Shown here piece after piece: positions 19,799 to 28,756 of a stretch of DNA of 62,026 bases. Within the stretch, counting starts at the first letter, position 1, and each line of letters opens with the position of its first letter. The DNA lies in UHGV virus genome UHGV-1382945; one strand, given 5' to 3'. Both the position numbers and the translations under genes were made by a program. The notes under the pieces were generated by a model, which was not told where the DNA came from, searched no databases, and saw only the letters and a list, made by a program, of their open reading frames with translations. The stretch comes from a virus.

Positions 19799-20521
19799 TA
19801 TGTTGTGAGATGAGAAGGATCATAGTGAGTATACCTCCTAGACCTGTTCTGAACTTATAGAACTATGAGATATAGAAACGATTCTGATGAAGTCATTCAG
19901 CTCCTAAAAACTTACGTGTGAAGTCTGTGTCATCTGTACCCCCGTGCCTCCGCTGTGTCCCACGGGTAGGGTATGACCCTCTCCCCCTTGTGAAAGAAAG
20001 CACAGTGTGACTCCTAAGGTTTTTAGTGTTACTCCTCGTAGCTGTTGGCTAGGTTATAGTCTAGCTTGTGAGCTGACTTGCAAGTGATACTAAAGCATCA
20101 AACCTTGCCATCAATGGTAATCGTTATCAATAAGCAACAGTACTGGTTACTACTAGCATTCAAACGTTTCTAAAAGCTAACTAAATCAACTACCTATAGT
20201 AAGCATGGTCTAAAAGAGTAAATGATTACACATGTTTACATACAGGTTCAACTTATTGTACTCATGCGTTCCAAACGTACAAATGTTTGAACCATGTTCT
20301 AAGTACCTGTAGTTCTTATGGTTCCGCACTATGTGCGTGCGCCATAAGCTCCACAAGCACCTGCCGCGCGCATGTTGGGTACAAAAAGTTGAACTTACCC
20401 GCGTAGCGGGGTCTAATTATTTCAACTACTTACGTTTTGGCACACGGCTTGCTATATAAGAGACATCAGCGGGGGCACAGCTCCGCATGATAAGTTCTTT
20501 TGAAAAGTTGTTGAAAAGTGC

Positions 20522-20550
20522 TTGACATAGCCGAAAAGCTCATGTAGAGT
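20522..20550 (+). promoter_or_regulatory. sigma70-like promoter TTGACA-17-TAGAGT followed by short hairpin (20564-20577) and T-run
   Basis: -35 20522-20527, -10 20545-20550; upstream direct repeat TTGAAAAGT x2. Confidence 0.5.
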
Positions 20551-21603
20551 GCATTTCAACGAAAGGGCAAATGCCCTTAGTTCTTTCAAAAGCTCATAGC
20601 GCGTTTTGTTAAGTATCTAGTCTTTTGGGAAAACCGGAAGTAGGCGGACGTTACATGCCTTCGGTATGCTTGCTTGCGAGCGTTGCGACGCTTTATAGAG
20701 TAGTCGACAGCCGGAAGAACGAGACACAAAAGAGACGCAAAAAAGTACTTGACAAGCGCAACGACTTATGAGAGAACACTTTCAACGGAATAGAGGAACC
20801 TTCCCCAATAGAGGTCACTCTGAACGTTCGGAGAACGTCAGAGGCAGTACCATGACCGCCATTAAGGTCGTCGTGGGAACGAGAACGCAGCAGCCTGAAA
20901 ACGTATGCTTGCGGGGAAAGGTGAACAACTTGAGAGTCTCCGGATGGAGACAAGGGGCATGGAGTTGTCCCGATAGGTATCAGCTTATGATATCTTCCTG
21001 CACTAGCTGCACACAAGCACAAGGCGCAGCTATGGCGATATCCGAAAGGTGAGCTATGCATGGAGCTTGCAGGTCATGCGTTCTCTACCGTAACACTGGT
21101 TACAGTAGACTTGCACAGTAGCAGGGTGCCACAGGTGCGTTGCTTGTGTAAGTAGTAGTTCAGTAGGTAGACACGTACAGAAAAGCCGAGGCTTGCTTAT
21201 ATACTCCTTTTATCCTCGGGTGCGACGTATAAGCAAGAGGACGGAACAATCCGACTGGGGGCCTTGTGCGCAGGTGCAAGGTAGGTCGGGGGAAAGTCCT
21301 ACTTACAGCAAGCCTATAGTTTACCGATAAACTGTAAACGGCGTTGCAGATTTACAACCTAGCAATGCGATAAGTCGGCTCAAAGGGTAGACTGAAAGTA
21401 ACCTTAGAAAAGTTACAGCCGTAGAGTATTGGCGTTAAAAGGATGCGTTCCATCCTGCGTTGGAGACAGTACAACGGCTATAAATATTAGGTAAAGTGTT
21501 TTGAGTCTGTAAACAGTTTGACAGTTGCAGGGGAATGGGGTGCCTTGGGTGCGTTATGCCCTTGCAACCAGTCAAATTGTTTCACAACTTTAAGGAGAAC
21601 ACT

Positions 21604-21768
21604 ATGTTAAAGTATCTTTCTCAACGTTATGTCAATATGCTCATGAAAGGCAACCATGCCATAGACTTTTACGCATGGGCAGGTCACGTAGCTTATAAAA
21701 CTCAACAACTTAAAACTGCCGTTGAAGAACAGCAGGCGCAAGCTGTGGAGAAATGTCATGCACGATAA
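21604..21768 (+). CDS. hypothetical early protein, 54 aa
   Basis: RBS AAGGAGA before ATG 21604; first ORF after ORF-poor region. Confidence 0.5.
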   Translation: MLKYLSQRYVNMLMKGNHAIDFYAWAGHVAYKTQQLKTAVEEQQAQAVEKCHAR

Positions 21769-22330
21769 GCCGCAAGGTTATAAGAGACAGGCTAATGCCC
21801 TGAATATCTGTAGGAATCAGGGCCTGACTAACCTCTATCAAACGGAAGGGGAAGACCTGCGCTATAGTCCTGTTTGGAACAAGCGCGGGGAATGTGTAGG
21901 CTATAGAAACCAGCATGGCCAGTTTCTGGATGTAACAACTCTGCTATGGTCTGATTTTGCTGGTACTATTAAGCGTTACGCTGATTTGACACCAGCAGAA
22001 AGGAAGGTATTCTTCCCTGTTCTCCCCGGTCTGGCGGATGTGCCTTTCCTGTACGCTGAATATGGACAAAACAAGTCCGTAACTGGCAAGCATGGCAAGC
22101 ACATCAACATCCGCAAGGTACGTACAAGCGAACGCCCACGCGCTAAGTATCGTACTACAAACTTGGGCACAGGCGAGGCTATGGACAAGCAGGACGGGTA
22201 CGCTTGTGCCCTCGTGACTCTGGATAAGCCTCAAAAGGTTCGGCGTGTTAATCGACATGCTAAGGTCGTCGTGCATACGGAAGATGACTACATCATGGCT
22301 ACAACTCGGTCGTCCCGGCGTTTCCGCTAA
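21758..22330 (+). CDS. hypothetical early protein, ~190 aa
   Basis: ATG overlapping upstream stop (ATGcacgaTAA); basic protein. Confidence 0.55.
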   Translation: MHDKPQGYKRQANALNICRNQGLTNLYQTEGEDLRYSPVWNKRGECVGYRNQHGQFLDVTTLLWSDFAGTIKRYADLTPAERKVFFPVLPGLADVPFLYAEYGQNKSVTGKHGKHINIRKVRTSERPRAKYRTTNLGTGEAMDKQDGYACALVTLDKPQKVRRVNRHAKVVVHTEDDYIMATTRSSRRFR

Positions 22331-22339
22331 GGGGGTACT

Positions 22340-22558
22340 ATGTATTACATCGTTCCGCCACAGGCTTTTGTCCCTCGTCGGCTTACTAACCATTTAATGC
22401 GCAAGCATGTACCTAGCTGCATCCCTGTAGACCTGTGGGAAAAGCAACGTCTGCAAGACGCGTACAAGGCCCGTCTTGCCTGTGAGCTGGCGCATAAGAT
22501 TACAAGTCCATGCCGCTACATTCGTGCCTCGGTCTGGACTGGTGATGGTTGGGCATAA
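22340..22558 (+). CDS. hypothetical protein, 72 aa
   Basis: ORF with GGGGGTACTATG RBS-like leader. Confidence 0.45.
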   Translation: MYYIVPPQAFVPRRLTNHLMRKHVPSCIPVDLWEKQRLQDAYKARLACELAHKITSPCRYIRASVWTGDGWA

Positions 22559-22660
22559 CTGTTGACTTATATACAAGAGGGGAAGTTTACCTTCCCTTTT
22601 TGCAATAAGGCAATGGACTTTCCAAACGACTACAAACCTTTAAACATATGAGGTATTACT

Positions 22661-23557
22661 ATGAACGCTGCTATTGCTACCCCCATCGCTCCGGTTACTG
22701 CTGAAATTGCCGCTGCTCCCGCTAAGATTACGGACTGGACGGAAGCCGACTTCAGGGCACAGGTCAACGTCTTTGTGAACTCTCAAAAGGAATTTGTCAA
22801 CGGTGTCACTCGTTGCACGCTGTACGCTGTTCGCGCCGCCATGATGAACAGCAACAACCAGCCTCTGAACTACATTCTTGGCAACCTTTCGGAAAAGCTC
22901 CGCCCGGCGTGGACGGCTTGGCTGTTCTACTTCGCGCCCTTCGCCTTGTCCGGGGGGAAGGACGCCAGCTCTATCACGCTTGACGATGGGACGATTGTTG
23001 ACCTCAAGTCGTCCATCAAGCTGGTCGCTAAGCGTTGCGACGAATTGTGCGACGCCGCCGAAATTGACAAGCTCGCTCGTGATAAGGGCGGGAACGTCAA
23101 TGACCCTGCGGGCATGATGCGCTTGTGTGACTACGTGATTGGTTCCCTGCGCTCTGCCCCGCGTTTCGATACGTGGAAGCGTGAAAAGTCTACCGGACGG
23201 GGTGACAAGCCCTTGACCGAAGAAGAAGTCATGGCGAAGTACACCAGCCTTTCCAACAAGCTGAACAAGTTGTTGGAACAGGCGAAGGCGTCCGGTGTTC
23301 ATGATGCCCGCAAGTTCCCCGGTATCGAAACTCCGCATGGTCTGGAGTACTACATTCAGATGCTGGAGAATGCGGACGAGAACGATATGAGCGACGATGT
23401 ACTTGCTAAGGTGCGTCTGCTCAAGGGGGAAAGCCTTCCCTTCTCGTCCCTGATTAAGCTCATGTCGAACTGTGACAGGTCTAACCTGACCCCTGAACAG
23501 GAACTGTTCTATGAAGAAGTCCTTAAGAGTGCCGTTGTCCACGGTATTGAACTTTAA
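22661..23557 (+). CDS. hypothetical protein, 298 aa, GC-rich codon usage
   Basis: long ORF with strong GC3 bias unlike flanking genes; RBS GAGGTATTACTATG. Confidence 0.6.
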   Translation: MNAAIATPIAPVTAEIAAAPAKITDWTEADFRAQVNVFVNSQKEFVNGVTRCTLYAVRAAMMNSNNQPLNYILGNLSEKLRPAWTAWLFYFAPFALSGGKDASSITLDDGTIVDLKSSIKLVAKRCDELCDAAEIDKLARDKGGNVNDPAGMMRLCDYVIGSLRSAPRFDTWKREKSTGRGDKPLTEEEVMAKYTSLSNKLNKLLEQAKASGVHDARKFPGIETPHGLEYYIQMLENADENDMSDDVLAKVRLLKGESLPFSSLIKLMSNCDRSNLTPEQELFYEEVLKSAVVHGIEL

Positions 23558-23647
23558 CCTCTAACATTCACAACACATTAAAGCTCCGGTAGGCTAGAGT
23601 CTTATCGGAGCTTTTTTGTGTCCTATGTACAACAAGGGAGCTCAATC

Positions 23648-23812
23648 ATGCCTGACATAAGGCTGTTTTTATCTAAGCGTTATCTGCGCCTTGCCGATAA
23701 CCTGTCAGAGTCCTTTTTGCTGTCACCCTCTGTTTATATAGATTGGAAAACTCAACGACTGATTGAACTCATGGAACAAATCAATACCTGTATTATCTAC
23801 AGACTTTATTAA
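23648..23812 (+). CDS. hypothetical protein, 54 aa
   Basis: RBS AAGGGAG 8 nt before ATG 23648. Confidence 0.4.
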   Translation: MPDIRLFLSKRYLRLADNLSESFLLSPSVYIDWKTQRLIELMEQINTCIIYRLY

Positions 23813-23921
23813 ATAAGTATCTAAGAAACAGGCTGAACATCAGCTTGTTTCAAAGGATGCTTATTGCATCCAGTTAAACCATAACTGTTAAGGCTACATC
23901 CTTAAAAGGAAGTGTTGCTAG

Positions 23922-24089
23922 ATGGAAAAGGTTTGTTTTAACGCGGTGACATGCATCCTTTGTCCTTTGTATGGCAGAATGTGTGACGGTAAACCTGAAC
24001 ACCCTCTTGATGTACAGGACATTCCTACTACGGAAGAGGAAGATGTACTTTTTGAACTGCGTTTTGAGCGAGATTGTTGCTCATTCTAG
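23922..24089 (+). CDS. possible small Cys-rich (zinc-binding) protein, 55 aa
   Basis: ORF MEKVCFNAVTCILCPLYGRMCDG...; below track size cutoff. Confidence 0.3.
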   Translation: MEKVCFNAVTCILCPLYGRMCDGKPEHPLDVQDIPTTEEEDVLFELRFERDCCSF

Positions 24090-24143
24090 CATACATTCTT
24101 AAAAGCCACGGAGTCTTTCGTGGCTTTCGTAGGAGGTGTGCTT

Positions 24144-24425
24144 ATGCTTAACGCTAACTATAGGGTCGCTGTCTATGGTAGTCGCCTGCATGAAAAGACA
24201 GGCCGCTACATCGGGGAATTGTGTGCCTTCAAGACGTTCTACTTTAAGAAGAACATAATCAAATGGGCAAGAGAACAAATCAACAGGCCGGATATTCATC
24301 CGACTAGTGTTAAGTTCTACTTTAAGAAAGGTAATGTCTGGGAGCTTAAACTTAAAGTGCGAGTCAAGATTCCCAAGGGGAAGAACAGAATGCGCACGCT
24401 TATATGGGAAGGTCGTAATGTTTGA
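24144..24425 (+). CDS. hypothetical basic protein, 93 aa
   Basis: strong RBS AGGAGGTG before ATG 24144. Confidence 0.5.
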   Translation: MLNANYRVAVYGSRLHEKTGRYIGELCAFKTFYFKKNIIKWAREQINRPDIHPTSVKFYFKKGNVWELKLKVRVKIPKGKNRMRTLIWEGRNV

Positions 24426-24570
24426 AGTCATTGTCATTATGGTGTCGTCGTTTGGCCTCGGCTGTTGTTCCATGATGCTGTTCCGTAGGCACTTGGATAG
24501 ACGAAATGCCTTTCGTTCTTACTATGCACAGGGTCTGTTCCTCGTGCGAAACTGGGGGAGACAGTCATGA
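24418..24570 (+). CDS. small single-TM membrane protein, 50 aa
   Basis: ATG overlaps upstream stop; hydrophobic N-terminus VIVIMVSSFGLGCCSMML followed by basic stretch. Confidence 0.45.
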   Translation: MFEVIVIMVSSFGLGCCSMMLFRRHLDRRNAFRSYYAQGLFLVRNWGRQS

Positions 24571-24746
24571 GATGGTACACTAATCTGATGTTCTTCTGGA
24601 CGTTGTTCTTCATGTGCGTGTGTGTCGTTCTGTTGAGCGGATGCGCAGGCAATCAGTCGTGGGGAGAGTCCCTCATGAACATGGTATCCACGGAACTGAC
24701 CACATATATGTCCAATCCTAGCGTCTTCCATGTGATAGGACTGTAA
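24567..24746 (+). CDS. small lipoprotein, 59 aa
   Basis: signal peptide MRWYTNLMFFWTLFFMCVCVVLLSGC with lipobox LLSGC; ATGA overlap with upstream gene. Confidence 0.55.
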   Translation: MRWYTNLMFFWTLFFMCVCVVLLSGCAGNQSWGESLMNMVSTELTTYMSNPSVFHVIGL

Positions 24747-24916
24747 ACAATGCTTGACCATATGGTTAGCAAGTTGGCTACGGATTGCATGGCACAGCGT
24801 GCAAGGAAGTTCTTTTACAAGGACTGGTATGCACATAACTATAGCTACTGCTATGATTATATCATTCAACTAAGTAATGCTATGTCACAACATCCATACA
24901 TCAAAGGTAGGTCTGT

Positions 24917-25258
24917 ATGTTTAAGCATTTTAAGAAGTCTGCTATCGCTGGCGTTCTTTGTGGTACGGTATTGCTTTCTGTCATGCCGTCTCTGGGTCTT
25001 GCGGAAACTGTCAGGAACTTCCACGATCCCGAAGGGATATTCTTCCAAGAATACCAATATGTTTCCGTGGCACTGAGAGTCAGAGCCAAGATGCTGCTCG
25101 ACAAGGGACACTTCATGGACACTGAGATGTACGCAATCATGAAGGATGGCTATGGCCTTCAGGCGGCAGACGCGTACCGTTTTGCGTGGATTCTTGCTGA
25201 CCTTCTCAAGCACAGAGATGTGATGAAGGAATGCATTGACCGGAACACTTTCAACTAA
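24917..25258 (+). CDS. secreted/periplasmic protein with cleavable signal peptide, 113 aa
   Basis: MFKHFKKSAIAGVLCGTVLLSVMPSLGLA-ETV signal peptide; RBS AAGGTAGG. Confidence 0.55.
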   Translation: MFKHFKKSAIAGVLCGTVLLSVMPSLGLAETVRNFHDPEGIFFQEYQYVSVALRVRAKMLLDKGHFMDTEMYAIMKDGYGLQAADAYRFAWILADLLKHRDVMKECIDRNTFN

Positions 25259-25267
25259 GGGGATACG

Positions 25268-25546
25268 ATGCTTACGCTGGAAGAATTCGGTGAGCTCAGA
25301 CATCTGTGGTTGAAGTACAATATTGAGCTCAAGCGCTGTTGCATCTATGGAGAAAGGTACGGCAAAAGAGTACCCGTTGCCCTCGACCTCAAGCGTATGA
25401 GGCGATATCATAAGCGGATACTTGCAGTTGATCGTGCACTCAAGTGCCTTATTGCACGACATCCTGCTGAAGTGTTCGACGCATTCATCTGTCCTACTGT
25501 TTGCCTGCACTACAGTGATGCCCTTACTCGACATGACAATGCCTGA
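25268..25546 (+). CDS. hypothetical protein, paralogue family A copy 1, 92 aa
   Basis: ~50% identical to 26205-26483 (LAVDRALKCLIARHPAEVFDAFICP vs IAVERALKCLIASNPAAIFYTFVCP); followed by hairpin GCCTGAataaaTCAGGC. Confidence 0.6.
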   Translation: MLTLEEFGELRHLWLKYNIELKRCCIYGERYGKRVPVALDLKRMRRYHKRILAVDRALKCLIARHPAEVFDAFICPTVCLHYSDALTRHDNA

Positions 25547-25581
25547 ATAAATCAGGCGTCATACATAAGGAGATATAACAT

Positions 25582-25878
25582 ATGAACACAAACGAAACTA
25601 AACTGCTCAACGCCATGCTTGTCGTCGCTGCCAACGTCTCCCCTGAAAAACTGCGGGAGTACGCCAACATCATGGAGATGTCCCCGGATGTTCGGAGCGA
25701 CAACAGGTTCAGTGATGCGGACATTCTCCGCACTGCGCAGGGTCTGCTCCGGGCATACCGTGACAAGCATGTGCAGGAAATTCCTGCTGAAGGTGCCCAG
25801 CCTTTCCGCAGAAGGTTCATGCCTGCGCTTGAGCTGCTGGACGAATGCCTTGAGTACTACTCTCCCAAGAAGGATTAG
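25582..25878 (+). CDS. hypothetical protein, paralogue family B copy 1, 98 aa
   Basis: homologous to 25881-26204 (MLxxAANV..PEKLxxY...LLRAYRD...LDECLEYY). Confidence 0.6.
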   Translation: MNTNETKLLNAMLVVAANVSPEKLREYANIMEMSPDVRSDNRFSDADILRTAQGLLRAYRDKHVQEIPAEGAQPFRRRFMPALELLDECLEYYSPKKD

Positions 25879-25880
25879 CC

Positions 25881-26204
25881 ATGACTGCTGATGAAACTCT
25901 CATCCTTAAGACGATGCTTGCACTCGCTGCAAACGTAACCAAAATCTCCCCGGAAAAGTTGGAAGACTACATCAACGTCATCTCCTTCATCACTGACAAA
26001 GACAAAGCCGATGACGATGTCAGTGACAACGAGGTCAGTGACATAGATGTTCTTATGCGGGCTCTCGCCCTGCTCCGGGCATACCGGGATGAGTCCCTTG
26101 AACATCTGGCCGTGGTTGAAAAGCATCCTTTCTTGAGAAAGGTTACTCCTGCCATCGGTGTGATGGAAGACTGCTTGGAATACTATACCAACAAGGAGGA
26201 ATAG
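25881..26204 (+). CDS. hypothetical protein, paralogue family B copy 2, 107 aa
   Basis: see 25582-25878; acidic insertion DKDKADDDVSDNEVSD. Confidence 0.6.
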   Translation: MTADETLILKTMLALAANVTKISPEKLEDYINVISFITDKDKADDDVSDNEVSDIDVLMRALALLRAYRDESLEHLAVVEKHPFLRKVTPAIGVMEDCLEYYTNKEE

Positions 26205-26483
26205 ATGCTTTCTTTTTTCGAATTCAGTGAGCTTAGGGCCTTGTGGCTCCTGTTCATGCAAGACATTGAGTCTTGCTATCGCTACGTAGAACAGGATGGC
26301 AAAAGATGCATGACGAACATCGACCCCATGCGCACGAAACGGTGCCACAACAGGGCAATTGCTGTTGAGCGTGCGCTTAAGTGTCTCATTGCATCGAATC
26401 CCGCAGCAATCTTTTACACCTTTGTTTGTCCTGACATCAGTCTGGCTCACATCAAAGCTCTCATTCAGCACGACAAAACCTGA
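26205..26483 (+). CDS. hypothetical protein, paralogue family A copy 2, 92 aa
   Basis: see 25268-25546; followed by hairpin ACCTGAattatTCAGGT. Confidence 0.6.
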   Translation: MLSFFEFSELRALWLLFMQDIESCYRYVEQDGKRCMTNIDPMRTKRCHNRAIAVERALKCLIASNPAAIFYTFVCPDISLAHIKALIQHDKT

Positions 26484-26517
26484 ATTATTCAGGTGTCATA
26501 TAAACAAGGACTACAAC

Positions 26518-26694
26518 ATGGAGGTAGACTACCAAGCTATCTTTGACTACATGCTTAGGTTTGGACTCTGTGATGAGTCCGACAGACCGCAGGCAGTAGA
26601 ACTTGTAGAGGACTGGCTCAACATCTACAGAGAAACCAATGAACAACAAGGAGATATATTCTATGGGAACACCAGTTGGTTCTGCTACGCTTGA
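26518..26694 (+). CDS. hypothetical protein, 58 aa
   Basis: internal ATG of track ORF 26359-26694 placed after paralogue A2 and its hairpin. Confidence 0.4.
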   Translation: MEVDYQAIFDYMLRFGLCDESDRPQAVELVEDWLNIYRETNEQQGDIFYGNTSWFCYA

Positions 26695-27076
26695 CGATGA
26701 GATTGTCAAGTTCTTTGAAGAACTGGTTGAGTTCTATGGTCATGGTAGCCCGCAGGCCCGCATCATTGAACGCGTCAAACGCAAGCTGGAAGTCGTGCCT
26801 ATCGGTGATAAGTACGGACGACTGTGCCCCACGTGCAAGTGTCCTGTATGTGGCAAGACCAGATCGCAAGCTGCTGCCCTTGCTCGTGAACGTCAGCGCC
26901 GGGGTAGGGACAAGTATCTTACCCATAAATATCCCGGCATGGGAATGGAACTGTCGCAACCTGATGACGACATTCCGGTGAAGTCTGTTGGCTTCTCTGT
27001 ACTTGACATCGGTAAAGCTGAGGCCGATGCTATTGCCTACATCATAGGCACTGAACCTTCCAAGCGGGGAGAGTAA
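26663..27076 (+). CDS. hypothetical zinc-ribbon protein, 137 aa
   Basis: RBS AAGGAGA before ATG 26663; CPTCKCPVCG motif. Confidence 0.5.
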   Translation: MGTPVGSATLDDEIVKFFEELVEFYGHGSPQARIIERVKRKLEVVPIGDKYGRLCPTCKCPVCGKTRSQAAALARERQRRGRDKYLTHKYPGMGMELSQPDDDIPVKSVGFSVLDIGKAEADAIAYIIGTEPSKRGE

Positions 27077-27142
27077 CATCTGTTACTGTACCATATAAAC
27101 AGACAACGAACAGCAACCATCAAACCATTAGGAGTACTTACT

Positions 27143-28183
27143 ATGTCCATGCGCAACATCTTCAAGATCGTCCTCGACTCCAACGCTGAAGCTGGCAAGC
27201 TCGTGACCGCCCGTATCGCTGGCAAGGCTGCGAAGGAAGCTCTCTTTGCCAATCCCACCGTGCTTCAAGGTGTGCTCACGTCCTCCGCTGTGCTGACCGC
27301 TGCTTCCCTCGCTGACCCGGACACCGCCCACGGAAAAGCCCTGCACTACCTCGGCCTTGGCATGACGATGGACGCCGCCGATGAACTCCTGCGTGTGTGT
27401 GATGAGGCGGGTGTGTTCCAGATGCGTGGCACTGCGGAAGACAGCGCGACCGCTGACATGCAGGCCGTGGTCTCCAAGACCTTCGACTCCAAGCCTTTCC
27501 TCCAGATGCTCGGTGTTCTGCCCAAGGCTGACGGTACCAAGGAAACCAAGCCCCGGTTCTCCACACAGGCCAAGCCCGCTGGTGTCACCGCCAACGCCAT
27601 CGAGAATCCCGCCAAGGCCGAAGTCAAGGAAGAAGCCACCGATAAGCCCCTGTCTGTGAAGGTCGGCCCCGAGGTGGCTACGCCTGTTATCCTGCCCAAC
27701 AAGGATGGCAAGGTTGAAAAGCCCGTGCTCCGCTGCGCCTTCGAAGGATGCGGCAGCGAACTTCGCAAGCCTGCCGAACAGAAGCCCTTCCACCTGCCCA
27801 CCGACAAGGAAACGCAGAAGTACATCACCGATGATGAACGCAAGCTCGAAGGCAGCTACCTCTGCCGGTTCCATCGTGACGTGGTGACCAAGTCCATCCA
27901 GAAGCGCAAGAACGACGACCGCATGAACAAGGTTCGTGAACAGCGCCTCGATGAGGCCACGAAAGAACTGACCAACGTGGAAGCCGAACTGCGTGAAAGT
28001 GAAAGGGCCCTCGCCGCCAGCGAAAAGACCATCACCAAGATCACCGACCCCATCATCAAGTCCGGCGCTGAGAAGGCCCTGACGGAAAAGCGCAACAGCA
28101 TCCAGAACCTGCGCAAGCGCAGCATCGCTCTTCAGAACAAGTGCAAGCAGATCTCTGACGAGCTCGCCCGCAGCGGCAAGTAA
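27143..28183 (+). CDS. hypothetical protein, 346 aa, GC-rich codon usage, C-terminal coiled coil
   Basis: RBS TAGGAGT; strong GC3 bias; CAFEGCGS...CRFH Cys/His pair. Confidence 0.6.
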   Translation: MSMRNIFKIVLDSNAEAGKLVTARIAGKAAKEALFANPTVLQGVLTSSAVLTAASLADPDTAHGKALHYLGLGMTMDAADELLRVCDEAGVFQMRGTAEDSATADMQAVVSKTFDSKPFLQMLGVLPKADGTKETKPRFSTQAKPAGVTANAIENPAKAEVKEEATDKPLSVKVGPEVATPVILPNKDGKVEKPVLRCAFEGCGSELRKPAEQKPFHLPTDKETQKYITDDERKLEGSYLCRFHRDVVTKSIQKRKNDDRMNKVREQRLDEATKELTNVEAELRESERALAASEKTITKITDPIIKSGAEKALTEKRNSIQNLRKRSIALQNKCKQISDELARSGK

Positions 28184-28213
28184 CACACTGAAACTCATGG
28201 AGGTATGTAATAC

Positions 28214-28714
28214 ATGAACAAAAACAATGAGTTCATCATCGACGTGGAAGAAGCGCACGAGCCCATGGGTTTCGGTGCGAAGGTTATCGGTCTTGCCAAG
28301 AGCGTGACCAGTTCCCCCACCATGCACCGTCAGATTGACAAGACCAAGGAAGCCGGCGTGGTTATCACCAAGCTTGCTGCTGGTCGTCTGGTTCTGAACA
28401 ACGTGACCGATGTGATTGCGTCCGGCCTGCCTTGGGGCATGGGTGGATTCATCAAGTCCAATCCGCTGAACGAGGCTCTGTTCAAGTTCAGCTTGGCGCA
28501 GGCTCTGTCCATCATGGGTGGTGCGTTCGTCTCGAATGTTGGTGAAGACGACCCGAAAGCCAAGTACTTCATGACGGCCATCGATGCGGCCACTCTGGCA
28601 TCGGTTGACGCTCTGCGTGAAGCCTCGGGTATTGAAGAGTTCATCATGTCCAAAATTCTGACCAAGGATGTGATGGACAAAATCAAGCCCCTCGTTAACT
28701 CCCATCCCATGTAA
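28214..28714 (+). CDS. hypothetical protein, 166 aa, GC-rich
   Basis: RBS GGAGGT before ATG; followed by terminator. Confidence 0.6.
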   Translation: MNKNNEFIIDVEEAHEPMGFGAKVIGLAKSVTSSPTMHRQIDKTKEAGVVITKLAAGRLVLNNVTDVIASGLPWGMGGFIKSNPLNEALFKFSLAQALSIMGGAFVSNVGEDDPKAKYFMTAIDAATLASVDALREASGIEEFIMSKILTKDVMDKIKPLVNSHPM

Positions 28715-28722
28715 CCCATAAC

Positions 28723-28756
28723 AAGCAGGGCCGGGGCAACTCGGCCTTGTTTGGAA
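28723..28756 (+). terminator. rho-independent terminator
   Basis: stem 28723-28733 / 28742-28752 (GGCCG/CGGCC core) followed by TTGTTT. Confidence 0.5.

Noticed and set aside
20693-21061. 122-aa minus and 94-aa plus ORFs inside the 2.3-kb non-coding region
   Set aside because: They have no RBS. They are overlapping antisense partners of each other with an Arg/Ser/Cys-rich random composition. They sit within a region full of promoter and repeat signals.
19243-21603. tRNA genes or a CRISPR array in the ORF-poor region
   Set aside because: There are no GTTCGAATC-type T-loop or acceptor-stem patterns. There are no regularly spaced identical repeats with unique spacers. The repeats present are short iterons and A-tracts.
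24750-25076. 108-aa ORF overlapping the signal-peptide protein gene
   Set aside because: It overlaps 24917-25258 in another frame. The 24917 gene has a good RBS and a classical signal peptide, whereas this ORF has a weak RBS and an odd Cys/Tyr-rich composition. A short real N-terminal portion cannot be excluded.
27128-28705. 525-aa minus-strand ORF spanning two GC-rich plus genes
   Set aside because: This is the antisense frame of GC-rich DNA, which commonly lacks stops by chance. The two plus-strand genes have good RBSs (TAGGAGT, GGAGGT). The ORF crosses their intergenic terminator. The same reasoning applies to 22640-23542 (-) and 27346-27843 (-).
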